Below, one piece after another: positions 1-10,277 of a DNA stretch of 64,000 nucleotides (within the stretch, counting starts at the first letter, position 1; each line of letters opens with the position of its first letter). The stretch comes from an uncultured Actinomycetes bacterium (lineage in GTDB: Bacteria > Actinomycetota > UBA4738 > HRBIN12), in the NCBI GenBank assembly GCA_963776425.1, contig CAVZMG010000002.1:609650-673649 (forward strand), read 5' to 3'. A program made the translations under genes and the position numbers. The notes below the pieces were generated by a model. It was not told the DNA's origin, did no database searches, and saw only the letters and a program-made list of their open reading frames with translations.

Positions 1-288
1 GACACGACGTCGGAGCGGCTGGTGCAGGCCGCGCTCGAGCCGCTGATGGAGGGGCGAACCACGATCGCGATCGCGCACCGTCTCTCCACCATCCTGAAGG
101 CCGACGTGATCTTCGTGATCGATCGCGGGAAGGTCGCGGAGCGGGGGACGCACGACGAGCTCCTCGAGCTCGACGGTCTCTACGCGCAGCTGTACCAGCA
201 GCAGTTCCGCGGCGGCCTCGTTCAAGCCGAGTGCGAGGACGGCGTGATCCTGGCGTCGGGCGAGGTCATCCGCACGGCGAGCAGCTAG
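1..288 (+). CDS. ABC transporter ATP-binding/permease protein, C-terminal fragment (gene starts upstream of window)
   Basis: Frame-1 translation [55 protein letters not shown] is the ABC signature/Walker B/H-loop tail typical of MsbA-type exporters; stop at 286-288. Confidence 0.7.
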   Translation, partial: DTTSERLVQAALEPLMEGRTTIAIAHRLSTILKADVIFVIDRGKVAERGTHDELLELDGLYAQLYQQQFRGGLVQAECEDGVILASGEVIRTASS

Positions 289-294
289 TCCGGC

Positions 295-792
295 TCAGAC
301 TAGCTGCTTCGAGTAGCGGAGCAGGACGAAGCCGTCCGGGAACACCTGGTCGTCCCCTCGCACATAGCCGAGCTCCTCGTACATCCGCCGCGCAGCGGCC
401 ATGCGTGCGGTCGTGTCCAGGGTCATCAGGGAGCGTCCTGCAGCGATCGCCCGCTCCTCGCAAGCGCGCATCAGCGCGCGTCCCACGCCCCGTCCGCGTG
501 CGTCGGGATCTACGCCCAGCATCCGGATGTGCGCCTCGTGCGGCTCGAGCGTGCCGTGATGGTCGTCCGTGCGTCCGTCGAGCTCGAGCGTCGCCGAGCC
601 GAGGATCCGGCCGGATCCCGTAGCGATCAAGATCGTGGTCCGCGGCGCACGGTCGGCCACATCCTCGATCTTCCGCAGGTAGTCGTCCCAATCGGCGCTG
701 CCCTCGCGCGCGAACTCTCGGTAGGCCGCCGCGGTGATCGCGCCGGCGGTCGCGTATTCGTCGGGTTGGGCCACCCGCACCTCGATCGCCAT
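295..792 (-). CDS. GNAT family N-acetyltransferase
   Basis: 165 aa; acetyl-CoA binding motif region (RGRGVGRALM...YEELGY); convergent with the ABC gene, 6 bp apart. Confidence 0.7.
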   Translation of the reverse strand: MAIEVRVAQPDEYATAGAITAAAYREFAREGSADWDDYLRKIEDVADRAPRTTILIATGSGRILGSATLELDGRTDDHHGTLEPHEAHIRMLGVDPDARGRGVGRALMRACEERAIAAGRSLMTLDTTARMAAARRMYEELGYVRGDDQVFPDGFVLLRYSKQLV

Positions 793-845
793 CGGCGCAG
801 GCTAGCGGATGTCGATGGTCAGCCAGGTGGACCATCCGGGCATCG

Positions 846-1298
846 ATGCGGGAAGATGGGCCGATGTCGGACCAGGATCTGTCGCGGCTGCTGCTGGAGT
901 CCCATCGCGCGCTGTCTGCGGAGTTGCTCGCGGGGCTCACCGAACGCGGGTATCCCGATCTTCGGTCCGGTCATGCGGCCGTCTTCCTGCACGTGGACCG
1001 CCGATCGGGAACGCGACTCACGGAGCTCGCGAGACGGGCGCGCATGACCAAGCAGGGGATGATGCTCCTGATCGACGACCTCGAAGGGCGCGGCTACGTG
1101 CGGCGCGCACCCGACCCGGACGATGCACGGGCCAAGGTCGTCAAGCTCACGGCTCACGGCCGCCGCGCGGCCACCGAGACACGCCGCACCGTGCAAGCGC
1201 TCGAGACGAGGACCCGGCGGTCGCTGGGTGAGCGCCGGTTCGAGGCGCTCCGGGAAGCGCTCGATCAGATCGTCTCGGCCGGCAACGGTGGGGCCTGA
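846..1298 (+). CDS. MarR family transcriptional regulator
   Basis: 150 aa; winged-HTH pattern (LTELARRARMTKQGMMLLIDDLEGRGYVRR...DARAKVVKLT). Confidence 0.7.
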   Translation: MREDGPMSDQDLSRLLLESHRALSAELLAGLTERGYPDLRSGHAAVFLHVDRRSGTRLTELARRARMTKQGMMLLIDDLEGRGYVRRAPDPDDARAKVVKLTAHGRRAATETRRTVQALETRTRRSLGERRFEALREALDQIVSAGNGGA

Positions 1299-1301
1299 GT
1301 C

Positions 1302-2468
1302 CTACGCATCGAACGCGCGATCCAGGATGTGTCGCTCCGTCCAGTCGCGCCCGGCACGGAACGCGTCCAATCGCAGCGCGATCGGCCGATCGGTCGCCAG
1401 GTCCGCCAGCAGCTGCCCGATCAGCGGCGCGAACTTGAACCCGTGCCCGCTGCATGGCGAGCCGATCACGATCGGTCCCAGGCGGTCCAGCACGAACTCG
1501 CCGTCCGGGGTGTTCGTGTAGAGGCAGGTCTCCGGAGGCCGTGCCTCTACGAGCGGGAGGAACCGGCGCGACGCCCACCCCGCGAGGCGCTGGAGCCGTT
1601 CGGGATCAGGCTCGAACGAACGGGTGTCGGCGTCCACATCGGGTCCCGATCGGTCGAGCGCCATCTTGATCGATCCCGGCTCCTCGGGGTTCGGCAGTGC
1701 GTAGGGGAGACCGGTGACGCCGTCGCCGGCCGGCCCGGTCGTCGATTCGCCGGTCCAGTCCACGATCGTCGGGAACGTGAACGGCTCGCCCGCCAGCCGG
1801 CAGTACGTGACCTGCTCGAACGAGGGGACGAGCGGGAGATCGATATCCGCGGTGCGCAGCAGAGGAGCCGCCCACGGCCCCGCCGTCACCACGGCGATGG
1901 GTGCCCGGAACGCAGAGCCGTCGTCGGTCGTCACGTCGATGCCGTCGCCGAGCGGTGCGATGGTCCGCACGGTCGTGTCCTCCATGACGGTCGCGCCCGC
2001 CTCGCGTGCCAGCCGCGCCTGGGCCTTCACGGTGCGCTCAGCCATGCACACGCCGCCATCCTCCTGCACGAGGACCGGTGTGCCGGGCGCGATCACCAGC
2101 CCGGGCCAGCGTTCGACGGCGGCCCCGGCGTCGATCCACGCGAACGCCGTCCCGGTGGCATCCATGGCCGCACCCTGGTGCCTGGCTCCCTCGCCGATGT
2201 CGATCCCGGCGGTCGTGTACAGCAGGCGCTCGTTCGCGGCGTCTTCCAGCGCCCGCCAGGCATCCAGCGCCGGACCGGCCATCCGCACGTAGTCCGGATG
2301 TTCGTACGCGAACCGGAAGATCCGTGTCGGTCCTCCCGATGACCCGTGGGCATGTCCGAACGTGAAGCGTTCGAGCAGCAGCGTGGACCGGCCGCGTTCG
2401 GCGAGCTCCCGCGCCGTCGCCGTCCCCATCACGCCACCACCGATGACGATCGCATCGAAGGTCTCCAC
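1302..2468 (-). CDS. FAD-dependent oxidoreductase of the sarcosine oxidase / N-methyltryptophan oxidase (DAO) family
   Basis: N-terminal FDAIVIGGGVMGTATARELAERG dinucleotide-binding motif and HAHGSSGGPTRIFRFAYE pattern. I chose the GTG start (VETFDAIV) at 2466-2468; the ORF could extend to 2579. Confidence 0.65.
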   Translation of the reverse strand: METFDAIVIGGGVMGTATARELAERGRSTLLLERFTFGHAHGSSGGPTRIFRFAYEHPDYVRMAGPALDAWRALEDAANERLLYTTAGIDIGEGARHQGAAMDATGTAFAWIDAGAAVERWPGLVIAPGTPVLVQEDGGVCMAERTVKAQARLAREAGATVMEDTTVRTIAPLGDGIDVTTDDGSAFRAPIAVVTAGPWAAPLLRTADIDLPLVPSFEQVTYCRLAGEPFTFPTIVDWTGESTTGPAGDGVTGLPYALPNPEEPGSIKMALDRSGPDVDADTRSFEPDPERLQRLAGWASRRFLPLVEARPPETCLYTNTPDGEFVLDRLGPIVIGSPCSGHGFKFAPLIGQLLADLATDRPIALRLDAFRAGRDWTERHILDRAFDA

Positions 2469-2512
2469 GGCGCCGAAGTTTCCCACGAGACGCTCCTCGG
2501 TAGCATGGTTGC

Positions 2513-3004
2513 ATGCCGAAGGAAGCCGAGGGCAAGACCGGGCTCCCCACCGAGAAGCGGATGAAGCCCGAGCGCCCACGAGATCTGCTGGGCCGCCCGC
2601 AGCCGTGGGGTGCGCCGAACCAGCTGGAGATGCCGAACTTCGACGCCTTGACCCTGGAGGAGAACCACGAGCTGGGGCGACGCTTCGTCCGAGAGCGCCG
2701 GTTCTTCCCCGCGCACGAGGCGTGGGAGACCGCGTGGAAGCAGGCGCGCGGGACCGCCGACGCCGAGTTCTTCAAGGGCCTCTCCCAGATGGGAGCCGGC
2801 TACGTGCATCTGCTCCGCGGCAACCCCCACGGCACCGTGACGTTGCTCCGACGGGCATCGGGCCGGGTCGTTCGCTACCCGGAAGGACATCGGGGCATCC
2901 ACACGCAAGCGCTGCACGACAAGCTCGAGGCGGATGCCGCCCGCGTCGAGCGCGGGGCGCTCGTCCCGGGTGAGGACGCGGCGTTCGATCCGCCCGACGT
3001 GTAA
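2513..3004 (+). CDS. DUF309 domain protein
   Basis: 163 aa; FFPAHEAWETAWKQARG...FFKGLSQMGAGYVHLLRGNPHG matches the DUF309 conserved core as I recall it. Confidence 0.5.
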   Translation: MPKEAEGKTGLPTEKRMKPERPRDLLGRPQPWGAPNQLEMPNFDALTLEENHELGRRFVRERRFFPAHEAWETAWKQARGTADAEFFKGLSQMGAGYVHLLRGNPHGTVTLLRRASGRVVRYPEGHRGIHTQALHDKLEADAARVERGALVPGEDAAFDPPDV

Positions 3005-3018
3005 CCTACGGAAAGGAT

Positions 3019-3738
3019 ATGAGCCAGATCGCGTCGACGGAGATGGAGTGGAAGGGCCGCACCGGCCCCTTCACGATCCTGTTGAACCCCGGCGTGTTCA
3101 GCCCGACCCATACGAGCCGCACGCTCGCTGACGCGTTGGAGATCGGCCCCGACGACACCGTGATCGACGTCGGCTGTGGGAGCGGCGTTCTGTCCTTCGT
3201 AGCGGCCCGACTCGGTGCCAAACGGGTGATCGGCTGCGATATCTCCGAGGAAGCGGTCGAGGCCGCCGCCGCGAACGCCAAGCGGCTGGGGCTCGATGAC
3301 CGGGTGGAGTTCCGGGCCGGCAGTCTCCTGGAGCCCGTGCGCGACGTGCACGCCTCGGTGCTGATCGGCGACGTGTCCGGGATCCCGGACGAGATCGCGG
3401 AGGTCACCGGGTGGTTCCCCGACGGTCGCGCGGGCGGTCCGACGGGAGCCGAGCTCCCGCGGATGATGATCGAGAGCATCGGGGACACGCTGATCCCGGG
3501 CGGCCGACTCTACCTGCCGACGGGCACGATCCAGGATGAGAAGTCGATCCTCGAGGCCGCTCACCGCGTGTTCGGCGACAACATGGAATCCGTGATCGAA
3601 CGCGAGTTCCCGCTCCCCGACATCGTCGGGAAGTCCGTCGCCGCCGCCCGCATGATGAAGGAAGGGTTGCTCAACCTCCATCGTCGCGGGAGCCGGTGGC
3701 TCTGGCGTCTGCAGATCTGGCGCTGCATCCGAAACTGA
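3019..3738 (+). CDS. class I SAM-dependent methyltransferase (small-domain / HemK-like)
   Basis: Motif I VIDVGCGSGVLSF, followed by acidic motif II and LIGDVSG. Confidence 0.6.
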   Translation: MSQIASTEMEWKGRTGPFTILLNPGVFSPTHTSRTLADALEIGPDDTVIDVGCGSGVLSFVAARLGAKRVIGCDISEEAVEAAAANAKRLGLDDRVEFRAGSLLEPVRDVHASVLIGDVSGIPDEIAEVTGWFPDGRAGGPTGAELPRMMIESIGDTLIPGGRLYLPTGTIQDEKSILEAAHRVFGDNMESVIEREFPLPDIVGKSVAAARMMKEGLLNLHRRGSRWLWRLQIWRCIRN

Positions 3739-4496
3739 CGGGTCGTTCGGTGGCCGACGCCGAACCGATCCTGCCGCACAGCGAGCGTTCCTTCGCAGAG
3801 CGCGTCCGAGCACCCGACAGCTACGGACTCTTGCTCGTCCTGATCCTCGGGTCGATCATCGCGTCGGCCGCTGTCTCCGGGACGACGTTCGGCAGGATCC
3901 TCAGCCTCGTGCTCCTGGGCGGCATGCTGCTCTTCGCCATGTGGACCTCGCGGGCCGGTCCCCACCTCAGACGGATCGCCCTGGTCCTCGTGCCGACCCT
4001 CGTCGTCGTGGCGGCGGTCCTCGGATTGGTGTCGGATAGCGATCCGGCTCACGCCGTCGCGAGCGCGGTGGATGCGCTCCTCGTGTTCGCTGCGCTCATG
4101 GCTGTGTTGGGGCGCCTGAAGACCCACACGACGATCTCGTTCCAGACGGTCCTCGGCGCCCTATCGATCTACCTGCTCCTCGGACTGCTCTTCGCGACCA
4201 TCTTCTCGTTGACGGGGTCGGCTTCCGGTGACCCGTTCTTCGCGCAGGGCGCGTCCAGCGGAACCAGCGTGAACTACGTCTACTTCAGCTACGTCACGAT
4301 CTCCACGGTGGGCTACGGCGACCTGAGCGCCGCGGGCAACCTCGGGAAGATGCTCGCCGCGAGCGAAGCGTTGATCGGGCAGCTCTTCCTGGTCACCGTG
4401 GTCGCGCTCTTCGTCAGCAACCTCGGGAAGCCGACCCGTCGACCGAGGGACGAAGCGTCACCGGACGGAGGGGCGGAGGAACGCGCCTCCGACTAA
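3696..4496 (+). CDS. potassium channel family protein (TVGYGD selectivity filter)
   Basis: YFSYVTISTVGYGDLSAAG pore signature flanked by TM helices. The start is uncertain: the ORF overlaps the upstream gene by 43 nt. Confidence 0.55.
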   Translation: MALASADLALHPKLTGRSVADAEPILPHSERSFAERVRAPDSYGLLLVLILGSIIASAAVSGTTFGRILSLVLLGGMLLFAMWTSRAGPHLRRIALVLVPTLVVVAAVLGLVSDSDPAHAVASAVDALLVFAALMAVLGRLKTHTTISFQTVLGALSIYLLLGLLFATIFSLTGSASGDPFFAQGASSGTSVNYVYFSYVTISTVGYGDLSAAGNLGKMLAASEALIGQLFLVTVVALFVSNLGKPTRRPRDEASPDGGAEERASD

Positions 4497-4574
4497 GCCG
4501 CTCCAGGTTGCGGGCCGATAACGTTTGCTGCTACGAACACCCATGCGCCGCAGGCGCCCAGGCAGGAGGTCATC

Positions 4575-5975
4575 ATGGCGAAAGCCACAGACGCCACCGA
4601 GGTGAAGGACACGACGCAGCGCCAGCGGAAGGTCTCCGCCGAGGAGCGGGTCGCGCGCGGGAAGGCCGGGCGAGAGCGAGCGCCTCGCGCGAGCCACGCC
4701 GACTGGCAGCCTGCGCCCGACCGAGCGGACCTGGTGTCGCTCCTGGAGGAGCAGGCGGCGACGAGGCTCCCCGATCTGATCGCGATCAGGCACGGCCGGA
4801 TGTCGGTTTCGCCGTTCACGTTCTACCGCGGTTCGGCGATCGTGATGGCCGACGATCTGGCCGGCACACCCACCAGCGGGATCAAGGTCCAGCTCTGCGG
4901 TGATGCTCACCTGTCGAACTTCGGGGTCTTCGGCTCGCCTGAGCGCGCGATGCTGTTCGACCTGAACGACTTCGATGAGACGCTCCCTGGGCCGTGGGAG
5001 TGGGACGTGAAGCGGATGGCCGCGAGCTTCGTCGTCGGCGCTCGGGCGGTGGGCTTCCCCGCCGGCACCGGGCGGAAGGCGGCGATCGATTCCGTCGAGT
5101 CCTATCGGAGACACATGGCCGACTTCGCGCAGATGCGCGACCTCGATGTCTGGTACTCCCACATCACTTCGGAAGACATCCTGGCGGCGACGACAACAGA
5201 GCAGATGCGCAAGCGCACGGCAACGAACATGGCCAAGGCCAGGACGAAAGACAGCCTCCAGGCGTTCGCCAAGCTCACGACCGTGGTCGACGGCAAGCCG
5301 CGGATCGTGGACGATCCCCCGCTCGTCGTCCGTATCGACCCGAACGACCTGCCGGTCGACGTCGACACGTTGCTCAATCTGTACCGCCGAACCCTGCAGG
5401 ACGACCGCCGTCATCTGCTGGAGCAGTATGAAGTCGTTGACGTCGCGCGGAAGGTCGTGGGTGTCGGCAGCGTCGGTACCCGCTGCTTCATCGTCCTCCT
5501 CGCCGGTCGCGACGATGCCGATCCTCTCTTCCTCCAGGTGAAGGAGGCACAGAGCTCGGTGCTCGAACGGCATCTCCCCAAGAGTCGCTACCGGAACCAC
5601 GGGCAACGCGTGGTAGCGGGCCAGCGCTTCATGCAGGCGTCGAGCGACATCTTCCTGGGATGGATCCGGGGTCCGGGAGAGGGGATCGACTTCTACTGGC
5701 GCCAGCTCCGGGACATGAAGGGCTCCGCGGTCGTCGAAGAGATGGTCCCCGAGGGGTACCGAGCCTACGCCGGGCTGTGTGGCTGGGCGCTCGCCCGCGC
5801 GCACGCCCGTTCGGGCGACCGGATCGCGATCAGTGCCTACCTGGGGAAGAGCGACGCATTCGCGAGGGCGATCGCGGACTTCTCCGAGACCTATGCCGAC
5901 CAGACCGAGCGGGATCACCAGGTGATGCTCGATGCGATCGCGAGCGGGAAGATCCAGGCCGAGTCCGGGCTCTGA
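4575..5975 (+). CDS. DUF2252 domain protein
   Basis: 466 aa; sequence pattern (SPFTFYRGSAIVMADDLA...QLCGDAHLSNFG) recalled as DUF2252. Confidence 0.5.
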   Translation: MAKATDATEVKDTTQRQRKVSAEERVARGKAGRERAPRASHADWQPAPDRADLVSLLEEQAATRLPDLIAIRHGRMSVSPFTFYRGSAIVMADDLAGTPTSGIKVQLCGDAHLSNFGVFGSPERAMLFDLNDFDETLPGPWEWDVKRMAASFVVGARAVGFPAGTGRKAAIDSVESYRRHMADFAQMRDLDVWYSHITSEDILAATTTEQMRKRTATNMAKARTKDSLQAFAKLTTVVDGKPRIVDDPPLVVRIDPNDLPVDVDTLLNLYRRTLQDDRRHLLEQYEVVDVARKVVGVGSVGTRCFIVLLAGRDDADPLFLQVKEAQSSVLERHLPKSRYRNHGQRVVAGQRFMQASSDIFLGWIRGPGEGIDFYWRQLRDMKGSAVVEEMVPEGYRAYAGLCGWALARAHARSGDRIAISAYLGKSDAFARAIADFSETYADQTERDHQVMLDAIASGKIQAESGL

Positions 5976-5978
5976 GCG

Positions 5979-7337
5979 TCAGGTCGCCGGGGCGTCGGCC
6001 GAGGCGGGTCCCTCCGCGGTCACCCAGCGGATCCCCAGTTGGTAGAGCACGAGCACGGCGCCGACCAGGATGACCGAGAGCCAGGAGACCCCGACGAAGA
6101 AGAGCAGGACGACCGCGACGATCAGCCCGGTCGTCCGCAGGACGTCGGCGTGCTCGCGGATCCAGAGGGCGTACGGTCGGTCCGACGCGGCCATGTCCTT
6201 GCCCGTTCCGTAGGCGCGTGCCGCCTGCGACCGAGCCGCGCTGAGCCACTCGCGCTTGCCGATCAGGAACGCGATCAGAGCGACGATCAGTGCGATCGCG
6301 AACAGCCATCGCGTGAAGCCTCGCAGGCTCCCGAACGCATCGTCCAGGACGGCCCTCACCGCCGGTCTGTTCGACGATGCGATCGACGTCACGACGTCGC
6401 TCGAGATCTTCTTGATGATCAGACGAGCGATCAAGACGCCCACGATCGTTCCGATCGCGAGTTGCACGGCGGTTCGCCGCCTGTTCACCGAGAGCACGAT
6501 CGTGACCGCGATCAGCAGGAGGGAGAAGAGGATCAGGGCATAGGTGAGCGTGTCGAAGAGCTTGACCGCGCTCTGCGCCGAGGCGAGCTGATCCGACTGG
6601 AAGATCACGACCTGGCCGAAGTCCGGCGGCAGGGGTCGTCCCAGGGCGGACGAGAGCGCCGAGATCGCCTGGCTGACCTGCTCGGTGCCGGTGATCTGGG
6701 GCAGCGTGACCCGGTCGCCCAGGAGTCCCTGCGCGACGGATTCGATCTTCTGGAGCACGGTGGTGATGACGGGCAGGAGGTTCAGGGTGACTTCGCCGTT
6801 CGCCACGGTGAGCACGGTCCCCTGATGGCCCCGGAGGATGTTCACGGCCTGCTCGTGGGCGACCCGGTTCGCTTCTAGCCAGAACGTCTCCCACGCCGGC
6901 GAGTTGAAGAACTCCACCATCTTGTCGTGGACGAATCCCTGGATCGCGTTCGTGATCGGTCCTGCGAGGAACGCTGCCTGCGGCGCGGCCTGCGTGAGCG
7001 CGTCCTGTGCCCGCTGTTGCAGGTCGAGCTGCGTCACGATCTGATCCGTGACGTAGTTGGCGAGCGCGGCCGTCACCTGTGGGTTGGTTCCGAGCGGCGC
7101 AACGGTGTCGACCCACGCGTTCGTGTTCAGGAGCGTCCGGTGGGCCCAGGTGTCGATCGTGGTGACGGTGATCGACAAAGACGTGAGCACGACCAAGATG
7201 CCCACCAGGATCTTCCGCAGGTTGAGCCGTTTCGCGCGCTTCTCGCCTTCGAACTTCTCGAGCTTGTGGTGCAGCTCCTCGTTCTCGGCGACGACCTGCG
7301 CCGGATCCAGGGTTCCTCCCGTGGGCACGTCGCTCAT
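5979..7337 (-). CDS. hypothetical membrane protein with N-terminal coiled-coil
   Basis: ATG at 7335-7337 is preceded by GGAGGAG. The long ORF to 7493 has an arginine-rich, implausible N-extension. Contains several TM segments. Confidence 0.5.
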   Translation of the reverse strand: MSDVPTGGTLDPAQVVAENEELHHKLEKFEGEKRAKRLNLRKILVGILVVLTSLSITVTTIDTWAHRTLLNTNAWVDTVAPLGTNPQVTAALANYVTDQIVTQLDLQQRAQDALTQAAPQAAFLAGPITNAIQGFVHDKMVEFFNSPAWETFWLEANRVAHEQAVNILRGHQGTVLTVANGEVTLNLLPVITTVLQKIESVAQGLLGDRVTLPQITGTEQVSQAISALSSALGRPLPPDFGQVVIFQSDQLASAQSAVKLFDTLTYALILFSLLLIAVTIVLSVNRRRTAVQLAIGTIVGVLIARLIIKKISSDVVTSIASSNRPAVRAVLDDAFGSLRGFTRWLFAIALIVALIAFLIGKREWLSAARSQAARAYGTGKDMAASDRPYALWIREHADVLRTTGLIVAVVLLFFVGVSWLSVILVGAVLVLYQLGIRWVTAEGPASADAPAT

Positions 7338-7371
7338 GACTCCTCCGTTCGAATCGCTTATGCGGCCCGGG

Positions 7372-8121
7372 TCATGCGTTCCCCCGGATCCGGACCAGCA
7401 GGTACAGGATCTCCAGGTACAGCCAGACGAGCGTGGTCTGCAGTCCGAAGGCGGCGTACCACTCGAACGCCGCCGGCGCGCCTGACGATACACCGGTCTC
7501 CACCACGGCGAAGTCCGCGATCAGACTCATCGCGGCCACGATGCTGATCACCACACTGATCGCGATGCCCGTGGTCGAACCGTTGTAGAGGAAGTTCAGG
7601 CGCACGCCGAAGATGCTCACGAACCACCCGAAGAGGTACAGCAACATGATCCCGAAGATCGCCGTCATCAGGATCCTCACGAACTTGCCCGTGACGCGCA
7701 CGACCCTCAGCGAGTAGAGGAGCAGACAGGCGATGAACACGCAGACCGTCGTGAGGAGGGCCTGTCCGACGATGCCTTGGTAGTAGGTCTCGTAGATCCG
7801 GGAGATCGCTCCCATCCACGTCCCCATCAGCGCCGCGTAGACGATGCCGGCGACGGCGGCGATGCGCGGATTCCCCACCGCCGCGAACGTCAGCGCGATC
7901 AGCAGGATGTAGCCCAGGAAGAACCACATCCCCGACGTGGTCGCGACCTGAGCGGCCCACTGCCAGCCGATAGCGGCGAAGCCGAGGGTGATGACGATGA
8001 GGAAGAGCGAGCGCACGATCGTCCCGCCGTAGGTCATCGCGCGCGTAACGGGTTGGCCACCCGTCAACTGCTGCGTGTGTGCGGGGGAGAACGTCTGCTC
8101 GTTCAATACCTGCCTCGACAC
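7372..8121 (-). CDS. Bax inhibitor-1 / YccA family membrane protein
   Basis: 249 aa, 7-TM pattern typical of TMBIM/BI-1 proteins. Confidence 0.7.
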   Translation of the reverse strand: MSRQVLNEQTFSPAHTQQLTGGQPVTRAMTYGGTIVRSLFLIVITLGFAAIGWQWAAQVATTSGMWFFLGYILLIALTFAAVGNPRIAAVAGIVYAALMGTWMGAISRIYETYYQGIVGQALLTTVCVFIACLLLYSLRVVRVTGKFVRILMTAIFGIMLLYLFGWFVSIFGVRLNFLYNGSTTGIAISVVISIVAAMSLIADFAVVETGVSSGAPAAFEWYAAFGLQTTLVWLYLEILYLLVRIRGNA

Positions 8122-8196
8122 TCGCGGCTCCTCTCGTGGGTGCGCCCGTCCTTGCGCAGCGGTGTGAAGACTACGCGGCCGCGGCTCGAGGCAGCG

Positions 8197-8715
8197 TCAG
8201 CCCACGGGTCGGAGCACCGCGACCGCCGCTACGTCGTAGCCGGCCTGGCGGAGATGGTCGGCCCCTCCACGGTCGATCGCCAGCACGATCCGTGTCACGT
8301 GGGCGCCGGCGGCCTCCAACGCCTCCGCGGCCGCGAGCACCTGGTGTCCCGTGGTGCTGACGTCCTCGAGCAGGACCACCTGCGCGCCGGCCGGGGCATA
8401 GCCCTCCACCTGCGCCTTCGTGCCGTAGGCCTTCGCCTGTTTGCGAACGACCGCCACCGGGAGCCCGGTCTCGAGCGAGACAGCGGCCACGAGGAGCGTG
8501 GCCGCACCCTCCGGGGCCGCGAGATGGTCGGTCCCGTCCGGGAGCAGACCGGCGACCTCATGCGCCAGTTCGCGGAGCAGCTCCGGTCTGGTCAGGAAGC
8601 GGAACTTGTCGAAATACACGCTGGAGTGCCGGCCGCTCGACAGCACGAAGTCGCCGTGCAGCTCCGATGCCTCGATCAGGCGATCCACCAGCCTGTCGGT
8701 CGAGGGGGCGTCCAT
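8197..8715 (-). CDS. pyrE: orotate phosphoribosyltransferase
   Basis: PRPP-binding motif VVLLEDVSTTGHQVL; 172 aa. Confidence 0.8.
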   Translation of the reverse strand: MDAPSTDRLVDRLIEASELHGDFVLSSGRHSSVYFDKFRFLTRPELLRELAHEVAGLLPDGTDHLAAPEGAATLLVAAVSLETGLPVAVVRKQAKAYGTKAQVEGYAPAGAQVVLLEDVSTTGHQVLAAAEALEAAGAHVTRIVLAIDRGGADHLRQAGYDVAAVAVLRPVG

Positions 8716-8738
8716 GCGGCCGGTAGCATAGGCGGTCG

Positions 8739-9773
8739 ATGGGTTGGTACCCGGCCGTCGGTCGCCCGCTGTTCTTCGCTCTCCCGCCCGAGACAGCCCA
8801 TCGCCTCGCCGGCACGCTGCTAGGACTCCCGCTGCCGTGGCGACGGATCGGTCACGCCGCCGACGATGTCCGGCTGGAGGCCGAGCTCGCAGGCATCTCG
8901 CTCCGCAACCCGATCGGCCTTGCTGCTGGGTTCGACAAGACCTGCGCGCATCTCGACGCCTTGGGTGCCCTCGGGTTCGGGTACGTGGTCGGCGGCACCA
9001 TCACCCGGGCGCCTCGGTCCGGGAACCCGAAGCCCAGGATCGTCCGCTACCCGGCGAAGGGCTCGATGACCAACGCGATGGGGCTGCCGAACCCCGGCGC
9101 CGACCGCGCCGAGCAGATCCTCGCCGCGTCATCTCGCCGCACGGCTCCGCGCGTGATCAGCATCGCGGACGAGGCGCTCGACGACGCGCTCGTCGCGGTC
9201 GAACGGCTCGCGCCGCATGCCGACGCGATCGAGCTGAACGCGAGCTGCCCGAACGTCTCTTGGGGTCGGGACCGAGACAACGAGTCACATCTGCGGGACC
9301 TGGTCGGTGGTATCCGGGAACGCACCGGCGTGCCGCTCTTCGTGAAGCTCCCGCCGTTCGCGACCGCGGTGGAGCGGGACGTGATCCTCGCGCTCGCGGC
9401 GATCGCGCAGGGGGCGGGGGCTGAGGGCCTCACGTGCTCCAACACGCGGTTGGTCGGGGATCGAGGTCTCTCGGTCGGGGCCGGCGGGTTGTCGGGTCGC
9501 GCGTTGTGGGACCGGACGCCCTCGATCGTGGCCGACGTCCGGGCCGCGACGGGGGGCGCCATGGCGATCAACGCTTGCGGCGGGATCTCGACCTGGGAAG
9601 ACGTGCTGGCGTGCCTGGAGGTCGGGGCCACGACCGTGCAGCTCTACTCCGCGCTGATCTACGAGGGGCCGGGCTTGGTGGGCACACTCACCCGCGGGCT
9701 GGCTCGGGCGCTCGGGGAGCGCGGCACCTCGGTGCGCGCGCTCGCGGGAGCGGCCGAGCCAGCTGCAGGGTGA
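8739..9773 (+). CDS. pyrD: dihydroorotate dehydrogenase (quinone), class 2
   Basis: NPIGLAAGFDK and GGTITRAPRSGNPKPRIVR motifs; divergent from pyrE. Confidence 0.8.
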   Translation: MGWYPAVGRPLFFALPPETAHRLAGTLLGLPLPWRRIGHAADDVRLEAELAGISLRNPIGLAAGFDKTCAHLDALGALGFGYVVGGTITRAPRSGNPKPRIVRYPAKGSMTNAMGLPNPGADRAEQILAASSRRTAPRVISIADEALDDALVAVERLAPHADAIELNASCPNVSWGRDRDNESHLRDLVGGIRERTGVPLFVKLPPFATAVERDVILALAAIAQGAGAEGLTCSNTRLVGDRGLSVGAGGLSGRALWDRTPSIVADVRAATGGAMAINACGGISTWEDVLACLEVGATTVQLYSALIYEGPGLVGTLTRGLARALGERGTSVRALAGAAEPAAG

Positions 9774-9795
9774 AGGATCGTGCGCCGGCGAGACG

Positions 9796-10176
9796 TTAGA
9801 TCTGCATCATCGCCTTGTTCTTCATGTCCTCGTACTGCTCGGCGGTGATGTCGCCGGAATCGCGGAGCTTCGCGAGCTTCGCGACCTCATCGGCCGGCGA
9901 GTAGCCCTGGACCCGGCGCTGCGCCTCCGCTGCCTGCTCCATCATCTGCTTGTCCTGCTCCGTCATCTTCGGGCGAGCGATGATGTAGATCAGCGCACCC
10001 AAGAACGGCACGATGAAGATCAGGATGATCCAGAACGCCTTCATCCCACCGTGGATGTCGTTCCTCCGGAAGATGTCGGCGAAGATCGTGATGAAGATCC
10101 AGATCGCCATGAACCAGAAGAAGAAGACGAGCATCGCCCACATCACGCTGCCCAGGTTCCATTCCGTTGCCAGCAT
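9796..10176 (-). CDS. small membrane protein with PLD-nuclease N-terminal (PLDc_N) TM domain and C-terminal SHOCT domain
   Basis: Two TM helices followed by AKLAKLRDSGDITAEQYEDMKNKAM (SHOCT-like). GC is visibly lower than in the neighbouring genes. Confidence 0.55.
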   Translation of the reverse strand: MLATEWNLGSVMWAMLVFFFWFMAIWIFITIFADIFRRNDIHGGMKAFWIILIFIVPFLGALIYIIARPKMTEQDKQMMEQAAEAQRRVQGYSPADEVAKLAKLRDSGDITAEQYEDMKNKAMMQI

Positions 10177-10277
10177 GCATGCCCCTTTCAGCTGAACCTG
10201 CGGGACGTCCCGCTCGGGTCCCCCTCGGTGACCCGGGGCGCAACGCTAGCAGGATGTGGCCCCCAGCGTAACCCGGG

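Noticed and set aside
231-1231. Several 125-224 aa ORFs on both strands overlapping the GNAT and MarR genes (e.g. 231-623+, 266-940-, 529-1047+)
   Set aside because: Arginine/proline/glycine-rich translations typical of spurious frames in ~70% GC DNA. They overlap genes that have clear family motifs.
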